A stretch of DNA of 64,000 nt from Macrostomum lignano (Eukaryota), in NCBI GenBank assembly GCA_002269645.1, contig NIVC01000864.1:248001-312000 (forward strand). The letters are read 5' to 3'. The position numbers and the translations under genes are program-made. Of the stretch, positions 33,234 to 44,624 are shown piece by piece (positions within the stretch are counted from its first letter, which is position 1; each line of letters opens with the position of its first letter). The notes below the pieces were generated by a model that was given only the letters and a program-made list of their open reading frames with translations, ran no database searches and was not told where the DNA came from.

Positions 33234-34518
33234 GTCCTGCAGCAGTATGGGATTCTGTATGCTCAATGAGGTCCTGCAGCAGTATGGGATTCTGCATGCT
33301 CCATGAGGTCCTGCAGCAGTATGGGATTCTGTATGCTCCATGAGGTCCTGCAGCAGTATGGGATTCTGTATGCTCCATGAGGTCCTGCAGCAGTATGGGA
33401 TTCTGTATGCTCCATGAGGTCTTGCAGCAGTATGGGATTCTGTATGCTCCATGAGGTCCTGCAGCAGTATGGGATTCTGTATGCTCCATGAGGTCTTGCA
33501 GCAGTATGGGATTCTGTATGCTCCATGAGGTCCTGCAGCAGTATGGGATTCTGTATGCTCCATGAGGTCTTGCAGCAGTATGGGATTCTGTATGCTCCAT
33601 GAGGTCCTGCAGCAGTATGGGATTCTGTATGCTTCATGAGGTCCTGCAGCAGTATGGGATTCTGTATGCTTCATGAGGTCCTGCAGCAGTATGGGATTCT
33701 GTATGCTCCATGAGGTCTTGCAGCAGTATGGGATTCTGTATGCTCCATGAGGTCTTGCAGCAGTATGGGATTCTGTATGCTCCATGAGGTCCTGCAGCAG
33801 TATGGGATTTTGTATGCTCCATGAGGTCCTGCAGCAGTATGGGATTCTGTATGCTCCATGAGGTCCTGCAGCAGTATGGGATTCTGTATGCTCCATGAGG
33901 TCCTGCAGCAGTATGGGATTCTGTATGCTTCATGAGGTCCTGCAGCAGTATGGGATTCTGTATGCTCCATGAGGTCCTGCAGCAGTATGGGATTCTGTAT
34001 GCTCTATGAGGTCCTGCAGCAGTATGGGATTCTGCATGCTCCATGAGGTCCTGCAGCAGTATGGGATTCTGCATGCTCCATGAGGTCCTGCAGCAGTATG
34101 GGATTCTGTATGCTCCATGAGGTCCTGCAGCAGTATGGGATTCTGTATGCTCCATGAGGTCCTGCAGCAGTATGGGATTCTGCATGCTCCATGAGGTCCT
34201 GCAGCAGTATGGGATTCTGCATGCTCCATGAGGTCCTGCAGCAGTATGGGATTCTGCATGCTCCATGAGGTCCTGCAGCAGTATGGGATTCTGTATGCTC
34301 CATGAGGTCTTGCAGCAGTATGGGATTCTGCATGCTCCATGAGGTCTTGCAGCAGTATGGGATTCTGTATGCTCCATGAGGTCCTGCAGCAGTATGAAAT
34401 TCTGCATGCTCCATGAGGTCCTGCAGCAGTATGGGATTCTGCATGCTCCATGAGGTCCTGCAGCAGTATGGGATTCTGCATGCTCCATGGGGTCCTGCAG
34501 CAGTATGGGATTCTGCAT
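33234..34518 (-). repeat. 37-bp minisatellite, about 35 copies, inverted relative to 21715-22508
   Basis: Reverse complement of the same unit, with a degenerate tail to ~34595. Confidence 0.97.
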
Positions 34519-35481
34519 TCTCTCTGCAGGTCCTGCCGCAGTATGGAATTCTGCATGCACCATGGGATTCTGCATCAACCGTGGGTTTCTGCATCATAAG
34601 ATTCTGAACAATTAGATTGGGAGCACAAGAATTTCCCGCACACTGTAATTCCTAAAGGTCCGAAGAAGGGTCCGGGAAAGGTCCATTGTGGAGGGTCCGG
34701 AGCGTCGAAATAACGGACCATGAAAGGTCCGTATTTTGATGGGTCCGTATTGTAAAGTCCGTATTGCAAGGTCCGTATTTTGAAAGGTCCGTATTTTGAA
34801 AGGTCCCTATTGCAAAGTCCATATTTTTCAGATGTCCGCATTATGGGTCCGAAATATAAAAACGATTACACCCCAAAATGTATTCACTTGATCTGCAAGA
34901 CACAAAATACCCACTATTATAGGTATGAATTTTATGAATTTCCTTACCTGTAAAATTGTTCCCAATTACATTATGTGAGGCATACAATGTTGTCAGTCAT
35001 TGCTCAATTTAAGAAAAGTAAGAAGTGAAGCATTCGTAATCAACAATTGCATGTTTATGAAGGATGTTAACCAATTTAAAGTATTTTTTATGGTATATAA
35101 AGATTGATCCTAAAATATTTATTGTTGTAGTACAAAAACAGTGGTAATAATAATATTTAGTAATTATTTGTTGCACATTACACATTGCGAATAAGTGTTT
35201 GCTTTGGTCACTCAAAGAGTGAAGTTGAATATACAGACTAAAAAGCACAAACTAAATACACAGGGCAATAAATAAGCAGCCAACATCGCCGTGACCCTCT
35301 GATGACAGATAACACTCTATGATTATGATTGTGAATATGAAAATAAATATTGTGATTGTGATTAGGCTTGTGATTACGATTAATTCACAGTCATATTCAA
35401 TCGTACTAACATGAAAATGAATATAATTATTATAAAAATGAAAATGATTACAATAGTCATGTCTAGGCGTTATAAAATCAT

Positions 35482-37203
35482 CTAACGAAGTGCATCCAAA
35501 ATAGCTACTGCAGCCTTGCGGACGGCTTTCTTGCGAAGGCCCGACAGCACTTCGATTACCTCCAGAAACGCCTCTAGGGCAGGGAGGTGCTGGAGGTTGA
35601 ACGCGATGAAGACAATTACAAATGCAATTATCGAGTCAGTAACACTGTCGAATGGGATGCTCGCACCGTTGACGAAAACGCCGCACCATTTTCCATCCTC
35701 TGTCAGAATTCTGACTGGCAGTGCGTCGCGAAGAATAATAGACGGGTCGACTCGCAACCGACCGAGAAGAAGAAAGACAGCCACAGGCAGCTTGTCCTCC
35801 TCTGAAACAACTGGCAATTCCACATAATCCTTGCACAGCTTGAAATTTTTTAGCAACTGCCTTTTACTGTACACAAGCAACAAGGCGTTAATAATCCTGC
35901 TTCTCATTTCCGATGGACTTGGTGGAAGTACATAGTCAGTTTTGCTTCTGTTGTATGTCTGGATCATGAGATACGCCTCCTGCTGCAGTACTGCGATGTT
36001 TACCAGTGGCGCATATAAGGCAATTTCGTCACTAACCGTCAAATCTTGGCACCGCAATATTCGAATCGGAAACAGAGCCTGCATTTCGTTGAGAACGTCT
36101 GATATTGAAGAGTCATGATGAGTCTCGTTCAATCTCGTTCGACGAGCTTCGTGTGACGGTGGTACATCGGTATCGAACTCGCCGAAGTCAACGCTCTTCG
36201 CCATTGCACTGCCAGCATCGTCTGCATCACTATCATCATCGCCTTCTTCTTCGATCAGATCTTCGTCGTCGTTGATACGCTGCTTGTTGGCTCTTTTAGC
36301 ACGTGAAGCTATAATTTCATTGTCGTCATCATCTTCCTGGCCTTCAACTTCCTTGTACTGCCGTTTATGCCTTTGGCTCACAGTAACCGCACTTGGGCCT
36401 GCAGCAGCTGCAGCAGCATTTGGTAGAATTATACGCCGATGACCAAGTCGACCATGCTTCCGTCGCATCTCCTGAACCGTTGGGCTGCTCTTGTCGACAA
36501 AGTCGCCAACGAACCGGAGCTCTTTGAAACGCCGAATAAGCTTTTGGCGCCAAAAGCTTGAGCTCCCACTTAATGAGGTGTCCTTCAGTCCAGGATACGA
36601 AGTTACTATGGAAGTGCACACATCTGTTATCTGGCTAGATGACAGGTATGGTTCATTTGGCGACAGATAGTTCAAACAGATGTGATCGACGATGAATTTA
36701 AGGAACTTGTTGACAAACGTCGCGTTCATTTTTAAATCGGAACCCTTTTCGGGGTGCATTCGTAGATCACGAAGGGCGTTGGCGAGATCGTCCATTCGTG
36801 GAAGCGAGTACACTTCGGGCCATGGAAGTGTAGTTGCAGCCGTAGCTGCTACAGCTGGATTTGGACTCAGAGCCTGTGTGCCTCGACTCGGTGTTGTGGC
36901 AATCTCGACATTGCGTATTTCGCTTTGCTGCTTTGGTGTAGTTGAAGGTTCTACAGGGCATGCACCGCAGCTTGGAAGCAACTCTCCAGAAAGAAGGAAG
37001 TACACAGTTCTACATTCCTTTGCCACCTCCGATATTAAATCATCGTCGTCGATTTCGAAACCGTCAGAAGTGACAATGCGAACATTTTCAACATCTGCAA
37101 TGTCCAATTTTAAACAACCTTTGATGCGAAGGTCCGCCAAGGTCAGGCCAGAAGCTGGAAGGAGCTTCTTGCGCTCCTCTGAGCCGTTGCAGATTCGAAG
37201 CAT
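35482..37203 (-). CDS. EnSpm ORF2, 573 aa, with a CIDE-N-like (ubiquitin-fold) N-terminal domain
   Basis: Intact ORF. LRICNGSEERKKLL.A..LADLRIKGCLKLDI...VRIVTSDGFEIDDDD resembles CIDE-N. Acidic linker. C-terminal DSIIAFVIVFIAFNLQH resembles animal EnSpm ORF2 tails. Confidence 0.7.
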   Translation of the reverse strand: MLRICNGSEERKKLLPASGLTLADLRIKGCLKLDIADVENVRIVTSDGFEIDDDDLISEVAKECRTVYFLLSGELLPSCGACPVEPSTTPKQQSEIRNVEIATTPSRGTQALSPNPAVAATAATTLPWPEVYSLPRMDDLANALRDLRMHPEKGSDLKMNATFVNKFLKFIVDHICLNYLSPNEPYLSSSQITDVCTSIVTSYPGLKDTSLSGSSSFWRQKLIRRFKELRFVGDFVDKSSPTVQEMRRKHGRLGHRRIILPNAAAAAAGPSAVTVSQRHKRQYKEVEGQEDDDDNEIIASRAKRANKQRINDDEDLIEEEGDDDSDADDAGSAMAKSVDFGEFDTDVPPSHEARRTRLNETHHDSSISDVLNEMQALFPIRILRCQDLTVSDEIALYAPLVNIAVLQQEAYLMIQTYNRSKTDYVLPPSPSEMRSRIINALLLVYSKRQLLKNFKLCKDYVELPVVSEEDKLPVAVFLLLGRLRVDPSIILRDALPVRILTEDGKWCGVFVNGASIPFDSVTDSIIAFVIVFIAFNLQHLPALEAFLEVIEVLSGLRKKAVRKAAVAILDALR

Positions 37204-37334
37204 GAATTAGGTATGATGTGCACAACCTCAATCAGAATACATCTGGTAAGACACAGATAAAATGAATTTATAAAGCCAAGGAATTCTTGTTCATTATGAT
37301 TTTTCGGCTTTTGTCCTTGGCTTGACTTAATGTA

Positions 37335-37830
37335 GTAGTAGTAGTAGTAGTAGTAGTTAATTGGCTTGGGCAAGTAGTGCCCGTTATGTTAATAGAGTGT
37401 ATTTAATTAGATATGAATAACTTAGTGTTAACAAAAGTTGTCAATAATGGACAATACAATTTAAACAGTAGAAGTTTTTGCATTAGATCAATGCCTTTAA
37501 GTTGCTGTGAGATGGCTTTCTTCCAAGGATCAATTGGATTGTCATTGTTGTTAAAGAGACTAGTGGTAGTAGAGTTAGCTTTAAATAAGTTTTAACCAGA
37601 AAAGGAGGTACCTTTTCTTAATGATTTCAGAAATAGGAAGAATGTTGAGTTCATTGAGTATGACTTTATTGCTTGTATGTATGCTCTGGTAGATTAAGAA
37701 TTTAAGGAGAGACTTATAGAATTTCAATTGAATATTATCCAGATCCTTAATTTTTGATTGCCTGGCCAGTGGACCCCATACCTTGCAGCCATAAGTAATG
37801 ACTGTGACAACAAAATGTTTAGTGTTTTTA
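37335..37830 (-). mobile_element. 3' fragment of a LINE (L2/CR1-group-like) with a (CTA)n tail, nested in the EnSpm element
   Basis: VITYGCKVWG...LDNIQLKFYKSLL....SNKVILNELNILPI..IKKRYLLFWLKL. (TAG)n on the + strand at ~37332-37357. Confidence 0.7.
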
Positions 37831-38179
37831 TGATGTTTTTGTTTTTTTGTTGCTTTTTTCTGAACAATCTTCACTCTTCAATACTAAAAGCTGAAGCTTC
37901 AACAAGCTTAGACAGAGGATGAACCCATTTTAGGCAAGAAATGGTTCGAAAACCTGCACCATCTACATAGAACTAGCCTAGTCAAGGAAGGGCAAGCCGA
38001 CCTATCATAAAAAGGTTAGACACCTATAGGCCAGAAATCTATGTAAGGTGGAGAGCACAGTTCCTTGTGCTAGAGGCAAGGTGGCCCTTGTAATAATTTG
38101 TTATTTTATGAAGTGCAAGTGTATGCCATATTGTTATATGCTTAAATTTATCTAAAATGATACCCACTAAGATTGTAGA

Positions 38180-40735
38180 TTATTGATCAATGTTTTGGCA
38201 ATGTAGCATTGGATAATATTTTAAAGAAAGAAAAAGTTTCCCTTGATACATTAAAAATGGAATTGGCTGATGAAAAAAGTGCTGAGTAGGTTCAATAAAT
38301 ACTAAATGGTCATTATTCACAGTGCATATAAAACTGCTATAATGACAAGAAAATTTAGCATTCACTTTTTTACAAATAATTATCCACTTGTTGGAAAGTT
38401 GAATAATATGGCTAATTAATGCTAAAGCAATTCCAGTTGGTTCTAAAATTGGCAAACAATAACGGTAATTTAATGTTGGAGTCCGATATACAAACCCCTG
38501 ATATTTTAGTTCATTAGTAGAAAGACAAATAGTGCCAATAATTGAGTCTGTATCTAAATTCATGTTGTTGCATAACTCAGTTTGTTCATCTATTGTCAAT
38601 AGCATATTTAAGCTAATAGGATTTATATTATGGCTCTTAATTGTACCTGGTTCATAGTGCTTAATGATAAGTGCCTTTTGAATTTGATATTGTTTTGCAC
38701 ATGTATAGGCAGGATTTTTGAAATTTCTTGCATGCCTGTTTATATTCTTAAGCAATTGATGATGAGCTTCACCTCGCATACACCATAAGTATTTAAGACC
38801 ACTATAATAATGATAAAATTCAGGATAGTGACATATATAATGCAATTTACATTTATATTTAGGATTGAAGCCCGTGTTTCTATATATTAATTCTAATTGG
38901 CCAGAAATAAGAGATTGAAAATATTCTAAGTTTATGCTACTATCATATGGGGACAAAATTATGTCAAGAAACTGCCTGTGACAATTAAATAATATCCAAA
39001 TATCATCATCCAACTCAAACAAATGTCCAAATAAAAGTCCAAAGTATTGTAGAATAACAATTATTTGATTAGAAGTACATGGTAGATGATAATTTTGTAA
39101 GTGATATTTATTTATTGTAGGAATACTGACTTCTTTAATCAAATTTAGTTGTTTGTTTATATAGTCTATACTAATATTATGATTTTGAATAATACTTAAT
39201 AGAATAATACATATAACAACATGAGAAAACCCTTCAAACACATCATGCATTATATCAGGGGGGAAAAAATATTGAAAGTTAATATATGCTACACTTCTAA
39301 ACACAGATGGTGAAATTAAACCATTACTTAAGGATTTAAAATCTTCAATATATGATGAATTATCTCGATATTCAAATAGGAATAATGTACTTATAATTCT
39401 TCTAATCTAATGCTACAAAGCTGTTTATAACCTATAAAACAAAATCTACAAATATAACCACTTGAAAACCAAGTTTGCATACCTAACATTCTATGTATTG
39501 ATAAATTATCCCCAGTCATGAAAGCAGCAATAACAGGCATTTTTATCAAATTACTTATTTGAAATTCTTCAAAGTAAAGCTCATTCAGCTCTCTAATTAA
39601 TGGAAATAAACAAAACTGTAAACCTTTCTTTTTAACATTTGAATCATTAAATACTGTTAAAAGAAAATATAAGTCTGAAGATGAACTAAGATATTCAGGG
39701 AAATTAAGAATAGTAAAGTATACTACACATAATTTATGTTTTGTTTTGGCAGACCCAATAGGATTACATATTTCAATTTCATCTGAATAAAGTTTTATGA
39801 ATATACCATTCTTATTTGTTAACAATGGACTAATATGTTCTTCAAAATAAGTAGACTTGAAAAAAAAATTTTCTTTGTTGGTTGCATTTAAATAAGAATT
39901 TAATAATATACTTAAGCAATGTCTCATTTTTTATAATAGAACTAAGTGTTTCTTTTATTGGAATATATAGAATTTTTAATTTTGATTCTTCATCTATGAT
40001 TTCAATGGGCTCAACAAAATTAAACTTGTTTTGTAAAATTTCAAATATTTTTTTATTACTTAATAGATGCTCTAATGAAAGGTCAATCATTTCTTGCAAA
40101 TTTAATTTATTTTTATAAGAATTATAGCTGTTAACTATTGAAGGACATTCTTCTTTTAAAAATTGCTCAAATAACAAAAAATAGTCATCAGCAAACTTCA
40201 ATACTATTTCCTTAACAAGTTCACATAATTGATTAGATTTGCTTTTAGGAATTAAAAAGAAATGTCTAGACTTTAGATAAAAGTAAACAAAATTTTCAGC
40301 AAGATGTTTTCTTGTATTTTCACATAAAAAATCACTAGACATTTCAAATTCAGGGTCTTTTTTTTCATTTTCAACTTGGTTACAAATAGTAGATAATATG
40401 GCTATATCTATAGGCACAGCTTGCAATTCATTTTCTAAAGGGTTTCCTAATAAGTCTAGAGTAGGGTTATTATGAACACAATTTGGCTGTAGAACTTGGT
40501 CTTGGGAAAAATTATCAACAACACTGTTTTTGTGCATACGATAGGCATGTGCTTGTAATCCTTCAATTGTAACACTAATATGGTAACATCCCCTAACTGG
40601 ACATAAAAAATTGCTATTCCCAAAAGAATGGTATAGTTTTATATGACTTATAAGCTTAAATAAATCCTTGTGTGTATGAAGACATATACTACATTGAAAT
40701 AGTTTTGAAATTACATTTTCATCTCCATTTAACAT
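38180..40735 (-). pseudogene. EnSpm-type transposase with N-terminal C2H2 zinc fingers, at least 2 frameshifts
   Basis: CSICLHTH..H / CPVRGC; LYSDEIEICNPIGSAKTKHKL..VYFTILN; GDNLSIH; PPDIMHDVFEG; KLHYICHYP; WCMRGEAHH. Confidence 0.88.
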
Positions 40736-41254
40736 ATCCTGGACAGTGGATAAGCCTACTAAATTCGTCGTTGTGGAATGGACAACGCGTAAAAACGTTT
40801 AAAAAGCACTAATTTTTAGGTTTGATCAGAACGAATTGCACGCAACAATCTAAATGTTCGAAGTTAGTAGAGTGAAACAAAAGTTCCCAACATATTTTTG
40901 ATCTGTGTTAGAAATGCGCTTGTACCTGTTAAAAGGAATACAATATATAATTCCTTTAATTTAAGGCATTTAGAGCTTTCGATTGATGCAATTACATTTG
41001 ACGGATAATTTTATTTGTGTTTTTATGCGGCAAAAAATACGGTGGTATAAAACCTAAATTTATTTCCAGTCCGATTTTCTCTATAAAATCTCGCGTGTGC
41101 TTAAAAAAATATCATTTGAGGGCACTTGAAAAAATTTCATTCGTTTTCTCTGACCAAAAAAATCGGACCTTCAGACATGAAGGTCCGCCTTCAGGCATGA
41201 AGGTCCGCATTATGCAATTCGGACCTTATCCGGACCCATAAGATTTACAGTGCA

Positions 41255-41580
41255 GACGAATTTCCCCGCCGAGATTTTATCGCAGTGCAAATTTTCCCAC
41301 GAGCGAATTGCATGCCGAGTTTTTTCCCGCCGAGCTTTGCCCGCAATGCTTTTTTCCTGCAGCGCATTTAGCCACACGGCAGATTTTGTTTGCATTACCT
41401 TCCCATAAAGTAAGTATTAATAAAGAGATTTACACGATCAAAACGTTTTGATAGTAGTTAGTAACTGCAAATCAAATGCATATTCTTGGGGGGAAGCAAT
41501 GCAGACAAAATCTAGCTGCGAAATGCGCAGGGAAATTCCTCGGTGGGAAAAAACTCGGCTGGAAATTCGCTCGCGGGCCA
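41255..41580. mobile_element. Foldback MITE-like palindromic element adjacent to, and probably interrupted by, the EnSpm element
   Basis: Arms gcgaatt..gccgagttttttcccgccgag...cagattttgtttgcatt and aatgcagacaaaatct...ctcggtgggaaaaaactcggc..aattcgc. Confidence 0.55.
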
Positions 41581-42112
41581 TTCTCATGGACCCATTAGAT
41601 TAGCATGAAAAAATTTAATTAAAAGTTTCACTTAAAGAGAAAACAGTGGCTTTAAAATCAATAAGATATTATTACCAAGAATTACTGATTTAAAAAACAA
41701 CAAAAAGGGTTAAAGAAAAACAGCGATTAATAAAAGTACATCTTGACATTTTTTAGCTCTTTCACTACGAAATTTGCTCTCTGCTTTGACATTTGCCTCC
41801 CAAAATACAACTTGAACCTGTTTTCTAAGCCTGACCGCCCTCAGGCCCAAAGACTATTTGCCGCTTACTGCCGCTCGAGCCGCCCTGTTTTGGAGTTTGG
41901 TCTAAATGTAGTCGCTGCATAAGTCTCTATTTTATACAACATTCAAATTAATGCACGAAGCTTAAAGCCGGCAGCTCAGCAGAGCTCAGCAGAGATCGAG
42001 AGGAGCGGCTTCGCTTCGAGTTGAGTTGCCTGCCAGCCCCAGTTCATCTCTTGCAGAGCCAACGCTCAGCATAAAATTTCTGTCAACTTTTATCTGCACA
42101 GAATCCTTAAAA

Positions 42113-44189
42113 ATGAGGCTAAAAAACGTCAGCACAATCTTCATGACTTTTCTGGCTGCTTTTTGCATCCAGCTCGATGCGTCAAGCAAACTGCATCTCG
42201 CTGATGACGGCTACTATAACGACTTGCTAGTCTTTGTGCAAATATCTGCAGACGGCAACGTGCATGACAAGCAGCTGGATTCGAGGCAAGTTCCCTTTGA
42301 CCTGCGGTATCCGGTGGAATTCGACGTCAGCGCTCGCAGCAACCTCGTTTTCTCGCTGTTTCTGCCAAGCGATCCCGCCAAGGTTGGCTCTCTGCGCCTC
42401 ATGCTTCGGTCGCCGAGCGGTAGGACTTTCAATTGCTCTGGTGGCAGCAGCGCCATTTGCACAGTCGATGCTGCAGTCGGATCCGTGACGGTGCAAATTC
42501 CTGACGCTGAGGTAGAGGTGAGTTTAGCCAAATACGTGCATTGTGAGCCAATGTTCTCGCTTGCTGGAGGGGTTACTTTACGACGGCAAAAGTAGAACGC
42601 AGAAGAAAGTGAAATATTAACAGCTACTGTAACAGTGTGTTGCACTCAAACTGACTTTTAACATTCACTACAATTTAAATATGCTTTTTCAGGAGCAGAT
42701 AAGCCAAAAATAGAAATAATTATTAGGGCAGATAATTACTAAGACTAAGACTATTAAACTTTTAGGCTTAAACCAATAGAAATCGCCTTGCCTCAAACCC
42801 GCCACTCCAACAGAGCGGAAAGTGGACGCTGGCGAACCTCGCAGTCGGTCTCTCTCGCCGGATTCGCAGACAGGCGGCCTCAAACATGCATGTAGTTATC
42901 ACTGGAAACCCGTATCACTTTTTTCCTAAAAATTCTATCATTAAAGTGAAACCAAACAAAGTGAAAATGGTCAAGTATGATACTTCAATCAGTGTTGTCG
43001 TGCATCTATTACCAAGACCCCTAACTCGGCATCAGCTGTACGCAGATGTCAAATCGGGCAACACAGAAGTGGCTCGATTTTGTCTACTCGAACAACACGG
43101 CAGTGAGTTAAGACTAAACATTTAATAGCTCGATTTAAATGTTAGTCTCAAACACCGCATATATCCCACATTTGCTTCGTACAGATTCTGGAACATTTAT
43201 TGCCAAGGTACCTCTCTATGCAGTACAGAAAGCTGGCCAGTATCATGTCAATGTGCATATCACGCACCCCTACTCATCTGAACGGTCTGCCGGCACTTTG
43301 ACTGTTCAGGCGGAGGACCCCAACTTTGACAGACGTCGTATTGTGCCTGAAACAGTTACGGGGATCTATAAAAGTAACTTGAATAACGCTAGCAAAAAAT
43401 TTGAGATCAAATGGAATCCAGTCGAAGATCCGTCTGGTCTACTCACGCCTAAAGCAGGTAGGTGTAACGCTTGCAGCAGCTCTGCTGAATGTTGAAATAC
43501 AAGCTGAAATATGAATTGTGCAGAAATTTTGTTCAAGCCACTAAGTTACCAAATACACAATCCGGTTCAAAGAGTAAACAGTTTCTCAAATATCTGCTGC
43601 ACAGCCGTCATGCAAATTTCACTGACTCTGACGCTTATGAGCATTCAAATTACCTCCAACAGAAGTGCCTCTCTACAGCATTCGCTACGAAAAATCAGGG
43701 GACAGCTGCACCACTTCAAAGGGCCGTAGCTATTACTTCTGTCCGGAACTGGCTGTCACCAACCAATCTTCGGCGAACATCTACAACCAGTATATAGCTC
43801 TGAATGAGCCTCTAATGCGGGTATCAGTGATTGCCATTTCCGCTGCAAACGTGTCCAGTTTTTCTAGCAAATATTTGCATATTCATGCCAGGACGATATC
43901 GGATTATCTGCCGGTCGATGTTGACAAAAAGCAATGGTGCGGACTCAACACTACGACGAGCACATCGACCCCGCACAACTCTCTCGACCCGACAGTAACG
44001 CAAAGTTTAACGAATGACCCGAACAAGGCCAAGTCAACAGTCGACTCCACGACCAAGTCGTCGCCACGAAACTCGACGCAGGCGAAATCGTCGGCTCAAC
44101 TAAATGTGGATTTGTCGTGGCTCAGTGCGGGAACCGTCTGCTCTCTGGCTGTCCTCACGGTATCCGCACAGCAGTGGCTGATCCAGTGA
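42113..44189 (+). CDS. CLCA-like copy D: apparently intact 4-exon, 497-aa mini-CLCA lacking the hydrolase, Cys-rich and VWA domains
   Basis: Exons 42113-42517, 42814-43102, 43185-43457 and 43663-44189 sum to 1494 nt with matching phases and GT/AG sites. Signal peptide, FnIII-like exon, S/T stalk and GPI-signal-like C-terminus. Confidence 0.78.
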
Positions 44190-44624
44190 GCTCGCAGTTC
44201 CAGTCAGCAGCGATACGGGAGATGCCTTGCCGGCTCTGGGCTTGGAAACTCGCTGAATAAAGACTCCCCGTAATATCATTTTGGCAATTAGCTTTGAATT
44301 CCTCCTCCAGAAAATGCTCTTTCCGTTCCTCTGCTCGGATTTTTCAGAGACTGACGCAAATTATTAGAGTAAAAAGTACCAATAGGAAGTAGATAAACTG
44401 TATCCCGCCCCTGTTTACCCTGTGATTTACGATTATCTGTACTGAAATTAAACCTCACGCCTGACCCACCATTCATTCAATGCATTCAATCCGCTCTTAA
44501 TTAATCATAATTCCTAAGCCAACCGAGTCAGAGTGTATACTGTACTATACTAAATATTTTTATGTATTTGTACATGGTTGACAAGCGCTCAGAATGATAA
44601 AAGTACAAATACATTATTCCCTCA

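Larger units (their letters stand above)
34641..41252 (-). mobile_element. EnSpm/CACTA (CMC) DNA transposon, 6.6 kb
   Basis: Termini CACTGTAA...TTACAGTG. 2-bp TSD CA at 34639-34640 and 41253-41254. Subterminal ggtcc/ggacc repeats at both ends. Carries a transposase and an ORF2. Confidence 0.88.

Noticed and set aside
37332-37357. (TAG)n run as another Polinton end
   Set aside because: It sits at the 3' end of a LINE fragment as its simple-repeat tail; no partner TIR.
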